Source: Verrucomicrobiota bacterium (GTDB taxonomy: Bacteria; Verrucomicrobiota; Verrucomicrobiia; Limisphaerales; UBA11358). From it: a DNA stretch of 64,000 nt. The position numbers and the translations under genes were made by a program. Location: positions 3,548 through 67,547 of the forward strand of contig JBEKOG010000026.1 of the NCBI GenBank assembly GCA_049522015.1, read 5' to 3'. The notes below the pieces were generated by a model, which saw nothing but the letters and a program-made list of their open reading frames with translations, had not been told where the DNA came from and did no database searches. Below, one piece after another: positions 20,110 through 29,932 of the stretch (position 1 is the stretch's first letter; each line of letters begins with the position of its first letter).

Positions 20110-20667
20110 TCAGTTTATAACATCAACGTAATACTGTGTGCCGGCGATGCGGGTAATGCGAACGGGCTTGCCGGCGGGAATCGCAGAGCCGCTTTCAGTC
20201 CGCGCCGGGGCGGTATAGCGGGACCCACCCTGGATGTAGGCGATTTCACCGACGCCGTTTTCCGGAATGGGCGTCACAATCGAGGCTTCCTGGCCAACCA
20301 GGGAGGCGACGCGGGATTCGCTCGAACTTTCGGTCTGCTTGAACATCCAATTGAAAAGCAGAAAGGTGGCAAACGCCATTGCCAGTCCGGCGACTGCCGA
20401 AATCGGGGCGCTGACCCACACACTTCGCGTCGCCTCAACCTTGCTCAGAATGAGTCCGCAAGCGCCGAAAGCTGTCACAAAGCACGCCAGCACTGTGGGG
20501 CTAAAGAACGAAATCCCCGGCACGCCGCTGTGGTCATAACCGGCTTCCGCGTGGCCGCCCGTCCCGACGGCCCCGCCGCCATCGTGTCCGCCAAAGAAAT
20601 GACCGGCGATCGCGCTGATGAAGGCGAACGCCAAACCCACCACCAAGCAGATCGTGTAGATAATCAT
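20110..20667 (-). CDS. NfeD-like membrane protein
   Basis: The start was set at 20667 (MIIYTICLVVGLAFAF..). TM segments are followed by a C-terminal OB-like segment 'GQEASIVTPIPENGVGEIAYIQGGSRYTAPAR..GKPVRITRIAG'. Its position directly upstream of flotillin is the usual NfeD arrangement. Confidence 0.7.
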   Translation of the reverse strand: MIIYTICLVVGLAFAFISAIAGHFFGGHDGGGAVGTGGHAEAGYDHSGVPGISFFSPTVLACFVTAFGACGLILSKVEATRSVWVSAPISAVAGLAMAFATFLLFNWMFKQTESSSESRVASLVGQEASIVTPIPENGVGEIAYIQGGSRYTAPARTESGSAIPAGKPVRITRIAGTQYYVDVIN

Positions 20668-21046
20668 AAATCCTCGCTGAGTTGTTGTGGGAGCGAGTAG
20701 AAACCCAACCCGCCGCCAAAGCAAGTCGGAAAGGAATGCTGGGTTTGGTCGTTGTGTTTCATGCGTTGCGCTTATCAAACACCACCCCGCCTTAAGATGC
20801 ATCTATAATTTCGCATTGGATTTGTAAGCTGATGTTGGAGTTCCACAGTCGGGCGTCGGTTGAGAATCCAAAAATCGTCCTCGTTCTCCTTCTCGTCCTC
20901 GTCCTCGATTTTCGGGCGAATCAGGGCTGGTTCGATTACGAGAACGAGGACGATTCTCCAGCTCAAGCGTTTTAAACAAGCTGAAGCTTGAACTCCAACC
21001 GCGCTTCACGCTTGCTAATCCCGCCCGGCTTTTCCATCGTTTCGCC

Positions 21047-21538
21047 ATGCATTCCTATGAATTGTTGCGCGAGGTTTTTGACAAAAAAGCCCCCAAACAA
21101 GTCGCCGCCGACCTTGGCCTGTCGCTTTCCATGGTTTACAAGTGGGCCGAACCGCCGGACCACGCTGCGGGCAGCGGCACCGGCAATCCGCTCGACCGCA
21201 TCGAAGCCCTGCTGCAAAGCACCGGCGACCACCGGCTCGTCCAATGGATTTGCCAGCGCGCCGGGGGATTTTTCATCCTTAATCCGAAAAACACGCCGCA
21301 TCCGCATTTTCTGATTCCGGCCACCAACCAGATCGTCCAGGAATTTGCCGACCTCCTTGCCGTCGTCGCCAAAGCCGCCGACGACAATCAAGTCACGCAG
21401 GCGGAGTCCAAACAAATCCGCGCGCGGTGGGAGGAACTGAAAACGGTGACGGAAGGTTTTGTGGTCTGCTGCGAGGAAGGAAATTTCAGTCACCTCCGAA
21501 ACCACGCCGCCAAACACGCGTCGGCGAATCAGGAGTGA
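21047..21538 (+). CDS. Hypothetical protein with an N-terminal HTH-like segment
   Basis: The 163-aa ORF contains 'KQVAADLGLSLSMVYKWAEP', which looks like an HTH. I cannot make a secure family assignment. Confidence 0.4.
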   Translation: MHSYELLREVFDKKAPKQVAADLGLSLSMVYKWAEPPDHAAGSGTGNPLDRIEALLQSTGDHRLVQWICQRAGGFFILNPKNTPHPHFLIPATNQIVQEFADLLAVVAKAADDNQVTQAESKQIRARWEELKTVTEGFVVCCEEGNFSHLRNHAAKHASANQE

Positions 21539-21545
21539 AAAAGTT

Positions 21546-21616
21546 CCCGTAGCAGCCGACGTCAGTCGGCTCAATTATTTCTGAAGTCAGAGCGGACTGA
21601 CGTCCGCTGCTACGGG
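21546..21616. repeat. REP hairpin between convergent genes (possible bidirectional terminator)
   Basis: The arms CCCGTAGCAGCCGACGTCAGTCGGCT ... AGCGGACTGACGTCCGCTGCTACGGG form an inverted repeat. Related arms occur at about 32143-32166 and about 59125-59160. Confidence 0.5.
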
Positions 21617-21644
21617 CTTGAAAACAAGTTCTGAACTTCCGGGA

Positions 21645-23066
21645 TTATCCCGCCGCCCTTTTCTTCGCGATGGTATGCGTGGCGTGGCCGTAAAACGCTT
21701 CGGCGCATTCCATCAGCGTCTCGGACAGCGTCGGATGCGGATGCACCGTCAGCGCGATGTCCTCGGCGGTCGCGCCCATTTCCAGCGCCAGTACCGCCTC
21801 GGCAATCAATTCACCCGCGCCCGCGCCCACGATGCCCACGCCCAGCACCCGCTCGCTCTCGGGATCAATCAACATCTTCGTCAGACCGTCCGTGCGGTCG
21901 AACGACAACGCCCGGCCCGAGGCCGACCACGGAAATTTCGCCACTTCGTATTTCACGCCTTTGGCCTTCGCCTCGGCTTCGGTCAGTCCGCACCACGCCA
22001 GTTCCGGGTCGGTGAACACGACGGCCGGGATGACGATGTTTTCAAAGGTGACATCCTCGCCGTTGATATTCTCGACGGCAATGCGCGCCTCCTTGTGCGC
22101 CTTGTGCGCCAGCAAAATCCCGCCCGCGATGTCGCCAATGGCGTAAATGTTCGGGTCATTCGTTTGCTGGTGATGGTTGACCTTGACGAAGCCTTTTTCA
22201 TCCCGCTCGACCTTGGTGTTTTCGAGGCCGAGATCGGCGCTGTTCGGCACGCGGCCCACGGCCACGAGCACGCGGTCGTAAAGTTCGGACACCTGCTGGC
22301 CGTTGTGTTCCATCTCCACTTTGATCTGTTTGCCGACAGTGGCCATCTTCGTGACCTTGGCCTTGAGCCGGATTTCCTTGAACATTTTCTTCGCGTTCGC
22401 CACCACCGGCCGGGCCAGGTCGGGGTCGGCCCCGGCCAGGATGCTGTCGAGCGCCTCGACCAGCACGGTTTTGCTGCCGAGCGCGGCATACACGGTGCCC
22501 AGTTCCATGCCGATGTAACCGCCGCCGACGACCAGCAGGTTTTCCGGAACATCCTCAACTTCGAGCGCCCCGGTGGAGGTCATGATGCGCGGATTGCCGA
22601 GGTCGAACACCTTGGGCATGGCCGCCAGCGAACCGACGGCGAGAATCGCCTTGTCATACTCGATGAGCTGCTGCCCCTGCTCCGTCTCGACGCGCAACGT
22701 CTGTGAGCCTTCAAAATAACCGCGTCCCTGGATCACCTGCACGCCGCGCATTTTGGCCAGCGTGGCCACGCCGCCGCCGAGTTTTTCCAGAATGGACTCC
22801 TTCCACGCGCGCAGTTTCGGCAAATCCACCGTCGGCGGCGTGAACGTGATGCCGCGATGTTCGGAATCCTTGGCGGCGGTGATCTGGTGCGTCGCGTAAA
22901 GCAGCGCCTTCGACGGAATGCAGCCGCGATTCAGGCAAACGCCCCCCAGCCGCTTCTCGCGTTCAACGAGAATGACTTTCATGCCCAGGTCGGCGGCGTA
23001 AAAAGCCGCGGCGTATCCGCCCGGTCCCGCGCCGACAACCACGATTTGAGTTTTGATTGGGTCCAT
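21645..23066 (-). CDS. lpdA: Dihydrolipoyl dehydrogenase (E3)
   Basis: The start was set at 23066 (MDPIKTQIVVVGAGPGGY..), because the listed upstream extension is encoded by a repeat. Motifs are the redox-active GGVCLNRGCIPSK, the NAD site VVGGGYIGMELG and the C-terminal HPHPTLSE. Confidence 0.93.
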   Translation of the reverse strand: MDPIKTQIVVVGAGPGGYAAAFYAADLGMKVILVEREKRLGGVCLNRGCIPSKALLYATHQITAAKDSEHRGITFTPPTVDLPKLRAWKESILEKLGGGVATLAKMRGVQVIQGRGYFEGSQTLRVETEQGQQLIEYDKAILAVGSLAAMPKVFDLGNPRIMTSTGALEVEDVPENLLVVGGGYIGMELGTVYAALGSKTVLVEALDSILAGADPDLARPVVANAKKMFKEIRLKAKVTKMATVGKQIKVEMEHNGQQVSELYDRVLVAVGRVPNSADLGLENTKVERDEKGFVKVNHHQQTNDPNIYAIGDIAGGILLAHKAHKEARIAVENINGEDVTFENIVIPAVVFTDPELAWCGLTEAEAKAKGVKYEVAKFPWSASGRALSFDRTDGLTKMLIDPESERVLGVGIVGAGAGELIAEAVLALEMGATAEDIALTVHPHPTLSETLMECAEAFYGHATHTIAKKRAAG

Positions 23067-23106
23067 AGGAAAAAATGGAGTGATGGAGTATTGGAGTATT
23101 GATTGA

Positions 23107-23553
23107 TTAGTCGCCGCCGCCGTAGGCAATGTTGCTCTCTTTCAGCACGAGATGGTCAATCCAGTCACCGGCCATCTCCTTGCGCTCAAGACTTTCCACA
23201 AGTTTCAAAAGGCCGTTTTCGAGTTTAAAGGCCAGTGCGTTCAGTGCATCGAAGTCCGCCGGTTGAAGTTGCCCTGCTTTGTGATAAGCGATGAGTCCGG
23301 AAACCGACTCGCCAAGTGAGCCGAGCGCGAAGTTTAAAAACTGCAGATATTCGCGGATGGAACGCCGGCAATAACCTTCGGCGATGTTTCGATGCACCGA
23401 ATCCGCGGAGGCAATTCCCTGCGATGCGACTCGTCGCAAATCGTAAGGCCACATCCGGAAAACACGACTGCAAGAAACGTAAAAATCAATCGCATCCTGC
23501 CACACCCGCAGTTGCTGATACCCGCGATTTTTGTTTCGATAATTCGTTTCCAT
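23107..23553 (-). CDS. Four-helix-bundle protein (23S rRNA intervening-sequence protein family)
   Basis: 'GYQQLRVWQDAIDF', 'ASADSVHRNIAEGYCRRSIREYLQFLNFALGSLGESVSGL' matches this family from memory. It is wedged between E2 and E3. Confidence 0.85.
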   Translation of the reverse strand: METNYRNKNRGYQQLRVWQDAIDFYVSCSRVFRMWPYDLRRVASQGIASADSVHRNIAEGYCRRSIREYLQFLNFALGSLGESVSGLIAYHKAGQLQPADFDALNALAFKLENGLLKLVESLERKEMAGDWIDHLVLKESNIAYGGGD

Positions 23554-23592
23554 ATCTCATCACCCCAACACTCCATCACTCCAATACTCCGT

Positions 23593-24855
23593 TCACAGTT
23601 TTATTGCTTCCTCGCCAAAGTCTTCCATCGCTTTCACGAGATCCACCATAAACCGCGCCGCCGCGCCACCGTCAATCACCCGATGGTCATACGACAATCC
23701 CAGCGGCGTCATCATGCGCACCTCGACCTTGCCGTCGCGCGCGACCGGTTTCATCGCGCCGCGGCCGAGGCCGAGAATGGCCACTTCCGGTTTGTTGATG
23801 ATGGGCGTGAAATGCGCGCTGCCGATGGCACCCTGATTGGTGATGGTGAACGTGCCGCCTTTCATTTCCTCCGCCGTCACCTTCCGGTCGCGGGCCTTTT
23901 GCGCAAGTTGTTCCAGTTCCTTCGCCAATTCGAGCACGCTCTTCCGGTCCGCGTCGCGGATGACCGGCACGATCAAGCCCTGCTCGGTGTCCACCGCAAT
24001 GCCGATGTGGAAATATTCCTTGAACACAACCTCCTGCGCGATTTCATCAAGGCTGGAGTTGAAAATTGGATGTTTTTTCAACGTCCCGACCAGCGCCTTG
24101 AGCACGAGCGGCGTGAGCGTGAGCTTTGCGCCCTTTTTCTCATAAGCCAGCGCGTATTTCTTCCGCAACTCGTTGAGCCGCGTGAAATCGGCGTCGTCGA
24201 ATTGGGTGACGTGCGGGATGGCATTCCAGTTCTCCCACATCCGCCGCGCAATCACTTGGCGCAGTTGCGTCAGCGGCTTCTTCGTCACCGGCCCCCATTT
24301 GGAAAAATCAATTGATTCGGCGGCCGGTTTTGCCGGCACCACGGCAGCAACCTTGGGTTTGTCCGTCGCTTTCTGCAAACGCGCGATATAGGCGCGGATG
24401 TCGCCGGTGACGATTCGTCCGCCCGCCTCGCTGCCGCGCACCTTGGACAAATCAATGCCCAGCTCGCGCGCGAGCCGGCGGATGGATGGCGAGGCGACCG
24501 GCGCGGCCACGGGCTTCGGAATTTCCTCCCCGTCCTCGGCTGCCGATTCTTCAACCGGCGTTTCGGGTTCCGGCTCCGGCGCGGCCCATTTCGCGGCGGG
24601 CGCGGCGGCGACAACCGGTTGATCACCACCGCTCAATGAGATGAGGCGCTGGCCGACGCTGATTTTGTCGCCTGCTTTGACGTAAATTTTCGTGACAACA
24701 CCGGCGGCCGTGGACGGGATGGAAGCCACGGCCTTTTCATTTTCCAATTCGAGAATGGCCTGATCCTTGGCGACAGGGTCGCCTTCCTTCACGAAGACAT
24801 TGACCACGACGCCTGAATCAGCGCCTTCACCGAGTTTGGGAAGTTTAACATCCAT
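23593..24855 (-). CDS. Dihydrolipoamide acyltransferase (E2 component of a 2-oxoacid dehydrogenase complex)
   Basis: The start was set at 24855 (MDVKLPKLGEGADSG..). It has a lipoyl domain (LELENEKAVASIPS), a subunit-binding domain (ASPSIRRLARELGIDLSKVRGSEAGGRI) and a catalytic domain (LSYDHRVIDGAAAARF). No E1 genes lie in the window. Confidence 0.9.
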   Translation of the reverse strand: MDVKLPKLGEGADSGVVVNVFVKEGDPVAKDQAILELENEKAVASIPSTAAGVVTKIYVKAGDKISVGQRLISLSGGDQPVVAAAPAAKWAAPEPEPETPVEESAAEDGEEIPKPVAAPVASPSIRRLARELGIDLSKVRGSEAGGRIVTGDIRAYIARLQKATDKPKVAAVVPAKPAAESIDFSKWGPVTKKPLTQLRQVIARRMWENWNAIPHVTQFDDADFTRLNELRKKYALAYEKKGAKLTLTPLVLKALVGTLKKHPIFNSSLDEIAQEVVFKEYFHIGIAVDTEQGLIVPVIRDADRKSVLELAKELEQLAQKARDRKVTAEEMKGGTFTITNQGAIGSAHFTPIINKPEVAILGLGRGAMKPVARDGKVEVRMMTPLGLSYDHRVIDGGAAARFMVDLVKAMEDFGEEAIKL

Positions 24856-25325
24856 AATTAACAGGGGGCAAGTTGGCGGAAAACCCCGCATTGTTCCAGT
24901 AATTATTTTGTGCGCTCAACGACGCGGGACGCAACCGGCCACTGTAATCATTCTTCTCTGCCTGGGAGCGCCGGCGTCCCGCCGGCTCGCCGTGTTGGAC
25001 AAACAGTCCTGCCTGCCGACGAGACGTCGGCGCTCCCAGGGTTCGCCATCCGGCTCAGTCCCAATACACAGTTGGTGGCGGCAGCAAGATACGCCAATCA
25101 ACGCCCCTTTTCCCAATCCCGCACCCGGCCGGGAATAATCCGGAACAGCGGAAGCAGCGCGGGAACTTTTTTGCCAACAATGATTGACAGAATCACCCCC
25201 AAAAACTACAAAGCCGCCTGCCCAATCTTAACTGGGTCACACCATGCGCCACGTGAATCCAATCCGGAGTGGTCCGAACCGCTGTGAGCCCGCTTGCGGC
25301 CATGCTCTGGTAATGAGCAGCCATT

Positions 25326-26627
25326 ATGGCACGTAATCCTTGCTGTCAATCACCCGCCGCGCGCGCAGACGCTTTGCCGGAACCGCTGGCCTGGTTTGCC
25401 GGCATGATTGACCACTGCTACGATTACGCCGAAGCCGCCAAGGCGCAAGGCCGGCCGGTCGTGGGCATCCTGTGCGAGTTCACACCGCGCGAAATCATCC
25501 TCGCCGCCGGCGCCGTGCCGGTCTGCCTGTGCGGCGGCTCCGCGGAAACCATCCCCGCAGCGGAGCAATATCTGCCGGCCAATCTGTGCCCCCTGATTAA
25601 ATCCACCTTCGGCTATCACGTCAAAGGCTCAAACCCATTTCTAAACTGGTCGGACCTGGTGGTCGCCGAGACGACCTGCGACGGGAAGAAGAAGATGTTC
25701 GAGCTGATGGGCGCAACGAAGCCGATGTATGTGCTCGAACTGCCCCAGAAAGCCGATGACCCCGACGCCCTCGAACACTGGACGCGCGAAGTGCGGAAAC
25801 TCAAGGAACACCTGGAGCAGCGCTTCCACACGAACATCACCGATGAGAAGCTTCGCGAAGCGATCCGGCTGATGAACCGTGAGCGCGGATTGCGGCGGCA
25901 ACTGGCGGATTTGATGACCGCGGACAATCCGCGGCTGACCGGCCGGCAATTGATCGAGTTCAAGAGCATCATTTCAGGCATCGAAGCGGATCTGCAGCAG
26001 TACGAACGGGCGATTCAATATTTCGGCGCCCCCGGAATGGTGGGTGCCCTATCAGAACCAGAAGGTAGGGCGCGTCACTCCGTGCGCGCCGATCTGGGGA
26101 ATCGCGAAGGCGGCGCGCAGGGGACTGCGCGCCCTACCATTGGCAGTCCATCCGCATCGCCGGCCAAACCCGAACACAAAGTCCGCGTCATGCTGACCGG
26201 CGTGCCTATTGTTCACGGGGCGGAACGTGTTTTGGAAATCATCGAAGATGCCGGCGCGGTCGTAGTCGGCATGGAAAATTGCACCGGCCTCAAGCCCATT
26301 CTCGACGATGTGGATTTGGACGAGCCGGATCCCCTCTGCGCCATCGCCCGGAAATATTACCACCTCCCCTGCTCCGTCATGACGTTGAACACGCGGCGAT
26401 TCGAAATCCTCCGCTCGCTGGCCGCGAAATTCCGTCCGCAGTGCGTCATCGAACTCGTCTGGCAGGCTTGCCTCACCTACGACATCGAATCATTCCACAT
26501 CCGCAAATTGGTCGAGGAAGAACTCCACCTGCCCTACCTGAAAATCACGACAGATTATTCGCCGTCGGATTCGGCGAGAATTTCTGCGCGTGTCGAAGCG
26601 CTGCTGGAAACCGTCCGAGGCCGTTAG
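25326..26627 (+). CDS. 2-Hydroxyacyl-CoA dehydratase / double-cubane-cluster reductase family protein
   Basis: 'ILCEFTPREIILAAGAVPVCLCGG', 'CPLIKSTFG' and 'AETTCDGKKKMFE' are typical of the BcrC/BadD/HgdB superfamily from memory. It contains the in-frame repeat at 26065-26139. Confidence 0.7.
   Translation: MARNPCCQSPAARADALPEPLAWFAGMIDHCYDYAEAAKAQGRPVVGILCEFTPREIILAAGAVPVCLCGGSAETIPAAEQYLPANLCPLIKSTFGYHVKGSNPFLNWSDLVVAETTCDGKKKMFELMGATKPMYVLELPQKADDPDALEHWTREVRKLKEHLEQRFHTNITDEKLREAIRLMNRERGLRRQLADLMTADNPRLTGRQLIEFKSIISGIEADLQQYERAIQYFGAPGMVGALSEPEGRARHSVRADLGNREGGAQGTARPTIGSPSASPAKPEHKVRVMLTGVPIVHGAERVLEIIEDAGAVVVGMENCTGLKPILDDVDLDEPDPLCAIARKYYHLPCSVMTLNTRRFEILRSLAAKFRPQCVIELVWQACLTYDIESFHIRKLVEEELHLPYLKITTDYSPSDSARISARVEALLETVRGR
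26065..26139. repeat. 75-nt palindromic REP element inserted in frame in a coding sequence
   Basis: The sequence is GGTAGGGCGCG-..-CGCGCCCTACC, exactly 25 codons, encoding GRARHSVRADLGNREGGAQGTARPT. The same arms occur at 18501-18536. Confidence 0.7.
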
Positions 26628-26942
26628 GCTGCCGAAACCCGGGCCTGACCGCATTACAGAACCGACCAGCCAACGACCAACCAGCCATGTACCGCCGTCG
26701 GTGAAGAGCGAGCCTCCGGAAAGATCGGCTACGATCTGCCGTGAGCCGATACACAATATAAATAATAAATAACTTGCCTTCGTGGCGGCTGCATACAGAA
26801 TTTTCGCTAATACAGATGCGTCAACGTTCTGTGAATCACTCGCGAACATCCGACCTTCATCCGGTCATGGCGGCAGGGTGTTGTTCGACGTCAGATGAGG
26901 CCGCGCAGTGCCGGTTAGTTAACTCCAACGAAAGGAATCCCC

Positions 26943-27977
26943 TTGAGCCATCATACTCGAATCATCTCGCTGGCCTTCGCTTCGGCGTTGGCCTGGACGG
27001 CTACCGCGGCTGACCCCGCCGGCAGCTCGTCCGAAACCCCATCCACTTCTCCCTCTTCCCCCACCAAACCGCCTGTCGCGGCTGACGGCCCTTCTGCCAG
27101 CCCGGCAGGCGCCACAGTGGCGGCCAAAGCAGAAAAACCGCCGCCACTGCCCCTGCATGAAATCGAAGGCAACGGCGGTGTTTTCTCCACCTTCTCGGCT
27201 TACCTCGTGAACCCGCCGAGAAACGGCGAGCCGGTCGGTCGGCCCAGCATCGGGTTTGGCTACATCAATATGGGCTACGGTCGAGACCTGGTGGCGCTGA
27301 CGGTGACAGAAACACCCTGGGAACGTCTCGAGCTGGGATTCGGCTATGATCAGCTCAACCTGGGGGATCTGCCGACGGCGATCGCGGCGCCGCCAATGAA
27401 TGGTCCCCGGATTGACAACACGCTGGCGATGTATAACGCCAACGCGCGGCTGCTAATTCTGAAGGAAAACGAATTCGACCAGAAATGGCTGCCGGCGATC
27501 ACGGCCGGGATTCATTACAAGTACAATGATGGCGTCAACCGGATCGATGACCAGCTTGGGGGCGGGCTGTCCACGACGGGGCTCTCGAACCATGAGGGTT
27601 TGGATTTCACGCTTTACGCTTCCAAGATGCTCACGTTTTTGCCACGGCCAGTGTTAGTGAACGTGGGGGGGCGGGCGACCAAGAGCGCGGAGATCGGCTT
27701 GTTGGGTTTCACCGACGAATACAGCTTTCTCTTTGAAGGCAGCGTGGTGGTATTGGTCACGGACCGGATCATGTTGGCTGCTGAATACAAACAGCAGCCC
27801 AGAGGGTTCACTCCAATTCCCGGTCTCATCGGCGCGCCAGATGACTGGTGGACCATTGATGCCGGCTATGTGGTCAACTCACACATGACTGTGGCGGTGG
27901 GCTACGGCCACTTCGGCACAGTGGCCAACCATGAGGCCAACGGCGTGTGGGGCATCACCACGAAGTGGGAGTTCTGA
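26943..27977 (+). CDS. Putative outer-membrane beta-barrel protein
   Basis: It has a TTG start and a signal peptide (IISLAFASALAWTATAADP), followed by a Ser/Pro-rich linker. Alternating-hydrophobic strands run to a terminal ..GITTKWEF (C-terminal aromatic residue). I recognise no family. Confidence 0.4.
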   Translation: MSHHTRIISLAFASALAWTATAADPAGSSSETPSTSPSSPTKPPVAADGPSASPAGATVAAKAEKPPPLPLHEIEGNGGVFSTFSAYLVNPPRNGEPVGRPSIGFGYINMGYGRDLVALTVTETPWERLELGFGYDQLNLGDLPTAIAAPPMNGPRIDNTLAMYNANARLLILKENEFDQKWLPAITAGIHYKYNDGVNRIDDQLGGGLSTTGLSNHEGLDFTLYASKMLTFLPRPVLVNVGGRATKSAEIGLLGFTDEYSFLFEGSVVVLVTDRIMLAAEYKQQPRGFTPIPGLIGAPDDWWTIDAGYVVNSHMTVAVGYGHFGTVANHEANGVWGITTKWEF

Positions 27978-28009
27978 AAACAACAAAACAACACAAAGAG
28001 AAACATGGT

Positions 28010-28816
28010 ATGAAAGCGATCAAGAATATTGGACTGGCAAATGTGCAGGCGGTTTACAGCGGCCCGGAAGGGCGGCTCTGGCAACTCCTCATGGGCGAGC
28101 AGATCCACATCGGCGGGCTGACCTCCTCGATGGACCTGGCGGAACGCGCCGGCATCGCGGAAGGCTGGTCGGGGGTTGACCTCTGCTGCGCCCTCGGAGC
28201 GGGAATGCGTTTTCTGGTGCGGTTCCGCAAGGTGGCGCGCATGACCGGCGTGGACGCCACCCGCGCGATGCTGGATTTGGGGCAAAAGCGCTGCACCGAG
28301 GAAGGCCTGGCGGACCGTATGAAGTTCGTCGAAGCCAATGTTTGCGCCACCGGCCTGCCGGCGACAAAGTTCGATTTCGTGTGGGGTGAAGACGCCTGGT
28401 GCTATGTCGAAGACAAGGCGAAGTTGATCGCCGAAGCGGCGCGCCTCATCAAACCGGGGGGGCTGATTGCCTTCACGGACTGGATGGAAGGGCCGGCCGG
28501 ACTCACGGATGAGGAAGCCAAACGGTATCTCGGCTTCATGAAGTTTCCCGGGGTGCTCCGCATGGAGGAATACGGTTCCCTGCTGAAAGCGAACAGTTGC
28601 ACCGTGCGCGCGGCCCAGGACACCGGACGGTTTGCGAAACACGTGCCGCTCTACCTCGACATGATCGAGAAACAACTGACCTACGACGCGCTCAAAATCA
28701 TCGGCTTCGACATGGCGCTCGCGCAAATGCTGATTGGTGAAATGCGCTTCATGCAATCCCTGGCGGAAAAAGGGAAAATCATTCAGGGTCTGATGGTGGC
28801 GCAAAAAGGCGCGTAA
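28010..28816 (+). CDS. Class I SAM-dependent methyltransferase
   Basis: The start was set at 28010 (MKAIKNIG..). The SAM motif I variant is 'GVDLCCALGAGMRFL', the post-I motif is 'MTGVDATRAM', and 'LIKPGGLIAFTDW' is also present. Confidence 0.8.
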   Translation: MKAIKNIGLANVQAVYSGPEGRLWQLLMGEQIHIGGLTSSMDLAERAGIAEGWSGVDLCCALGAGMRFLVRFRKVARMTGVDATRAMLDLGQKRCTEEGLADRMKFVEANVCATGLPATKFDFVWGEDAWCYVEDKAKLIAEAARLIKPGGLIAFTDWMEGPAGLTDEEAKRYLGFMKFPGVLRMEEYGSLLKANSCTVRAAQDTGRFAKHVPLYLDMIEKQLTYDALKIIGFDMALAQMLIGEMRFMQSLAEKGKIIQGLMVAQKGA

Positions 28817-28957
28817 GAGCGTGTTTAAAAGAGCGTCTATGCCGCACCGTTTTTCGTTGGGAGTTCCGCCTTTAGGCGGTTCCAACGCGTTGCCGCCTGA
28901 AGGCGGGACTCCAAACCCGGATGCTGAATCGGGCGGATTCACGGCGGCACTACTTCG

Positions 28958-29932
28958 ATGAAGGTTTTTTACAGCAGCCCGTGGGTCCCGGTGGAGTGGA
29001 TTGAGGCCCACGGTCTGCAGCCATGCGGTGTCTGGTTCGCGGAAGATTTGGGCTGTGGTGTGCTGCCGCTTTCCGCCGGAGTCTGCGCCTTTTCCGAAGC
29101 GGTGCTCCGCTTCGCCGAAACGCATCACGACTCGGCGGTGATCTTCACCACCGCCTGCGATCAGATGCGCCGGAGCTTTGACGCATTCACCGGTTCGCAA
29201 CCGGTCCGGGCTTTCCTGTTCAACCTCCCCGCCACCTGGCAATCCCCGGTTGCTTTGCGGATCTTCCGCACCGAGGTCGAACGTCTGGGCCGCTTTCTTC
29301 AGGTGCATGGCGGTCATGCACCAACGGCAAAAGACCTGGCGCAAATAATCGAACGCCGCAGCCAGTCCAGGAAATGTCTGCTGGAATTGGCGCCGCGCTG
29401 TTCCGCCCGGCAATATGCCGAAGCCATTGCCCGGTTTCATTGGGACGGTTCAGTCTGTGTGCCCGACCATCCGCCGTCGCCGTCTTCCCGCGCCATCCCG
29501 CTCGCCATTGTCGGCGGGCCGTTGACAGCGTCGCAGTGGGGTTTGCTGGACTTGATCGAAGCCGCCGGCACACGGATCGTGCTGAACGCCACCGAGTCCG
29601 GCGAACGGAGCCTGTTGCCTCCGTTCCGGCTGGAAGGATTCAGTGACGATCCCATCGGCGCGGTCGCGCGCGGGTATTTCGAGAATTGTGCGGACGTTTT
29701 CCAGCGGCCCAACACACGGCTTTATTCCTGGCTGGTCGAACGCCTGATCGCCCGGGGCGTCCGTGGAATTGTGCTCTGGGTCCACACCGGCTGCGATTTA
29801 TGGCGCGCGGAAGCGCAGACCTTGCGCGAAACTTTCCGGCTGCCGGTCTTGTTGCTGGAAGCGGACGAGGTGCCGGGCGGCTCTCCGCGCGAGGCGAACC
29901 GGATTCAGGCTTTTGTGGAGACTTTCAAATGA
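28958..29932 (+). CDS. 2-Hydroxyacyl-CoA dehydratase family subunit (small)
   Basis: The 324-aa ORF has 'FTTACDQMRRSFD' and a C-terminal 'GIVLWVHTGCDLW', both typical of the family. An ATGA overlap joins it to the next gene. Confidence 0.65.
   Translation: MKVFYSSPWVPVEWIEAHGLQPCGVWFAEDLGCGVLPLSAGVCAFSEAVLRFAETHHDSAVIFTTACDQMRRSFDAFTGSQPVRAFLFNLPATWQSPVALRIFRTEVERLGRFLQVHGGHAPTAKDLAQIIERRSQSRKCLLELAPRCSARQYAEAIARFHWDGSVCVPDHPPSPSSRAIPLAIVGGPLTASQWGLLDLIEAAGTRIVLNATESGERSLLPPFRLEGFSDDPIGAVARGYFENCADVFQRPNTRLYSWLVERLIARGVRGIVLWVHTGCDLWRAEAQTLRETFRLPVLLLEADEVPGGSPREANRIQAFVETFK

Noticed and set aside
18818-20131. A 437-aa ORF antisense to the flotillin gene. The 362-aa ORF at 21618-22706 is likewise antisense to lpdA.
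   Set aside because: The sense strands carry unambiguous family motifs, and the antisense products are repetitive and Arg/Gly/Leu-rich with no motifs.
26065-26139. The insertion in the dehydratase-family protein as an intein or an extra domain.
   Set aside because: It is only 25 residues, is perfectly palindromic at the DNA level, and recurs in intergenic DNA.
27902-29440. A 512-aa minus-strand ORF spanning the methyltransferase and a dehydratase subunit. The ORFs at 30364-31191 and 31107-32036 are similar.
   Set aside because: It overlaps three well-supported plus-strand genes and an intergenic hairpin repeat. Part of its sequence is a repeat translation (..EPPKGGTPNEK..).
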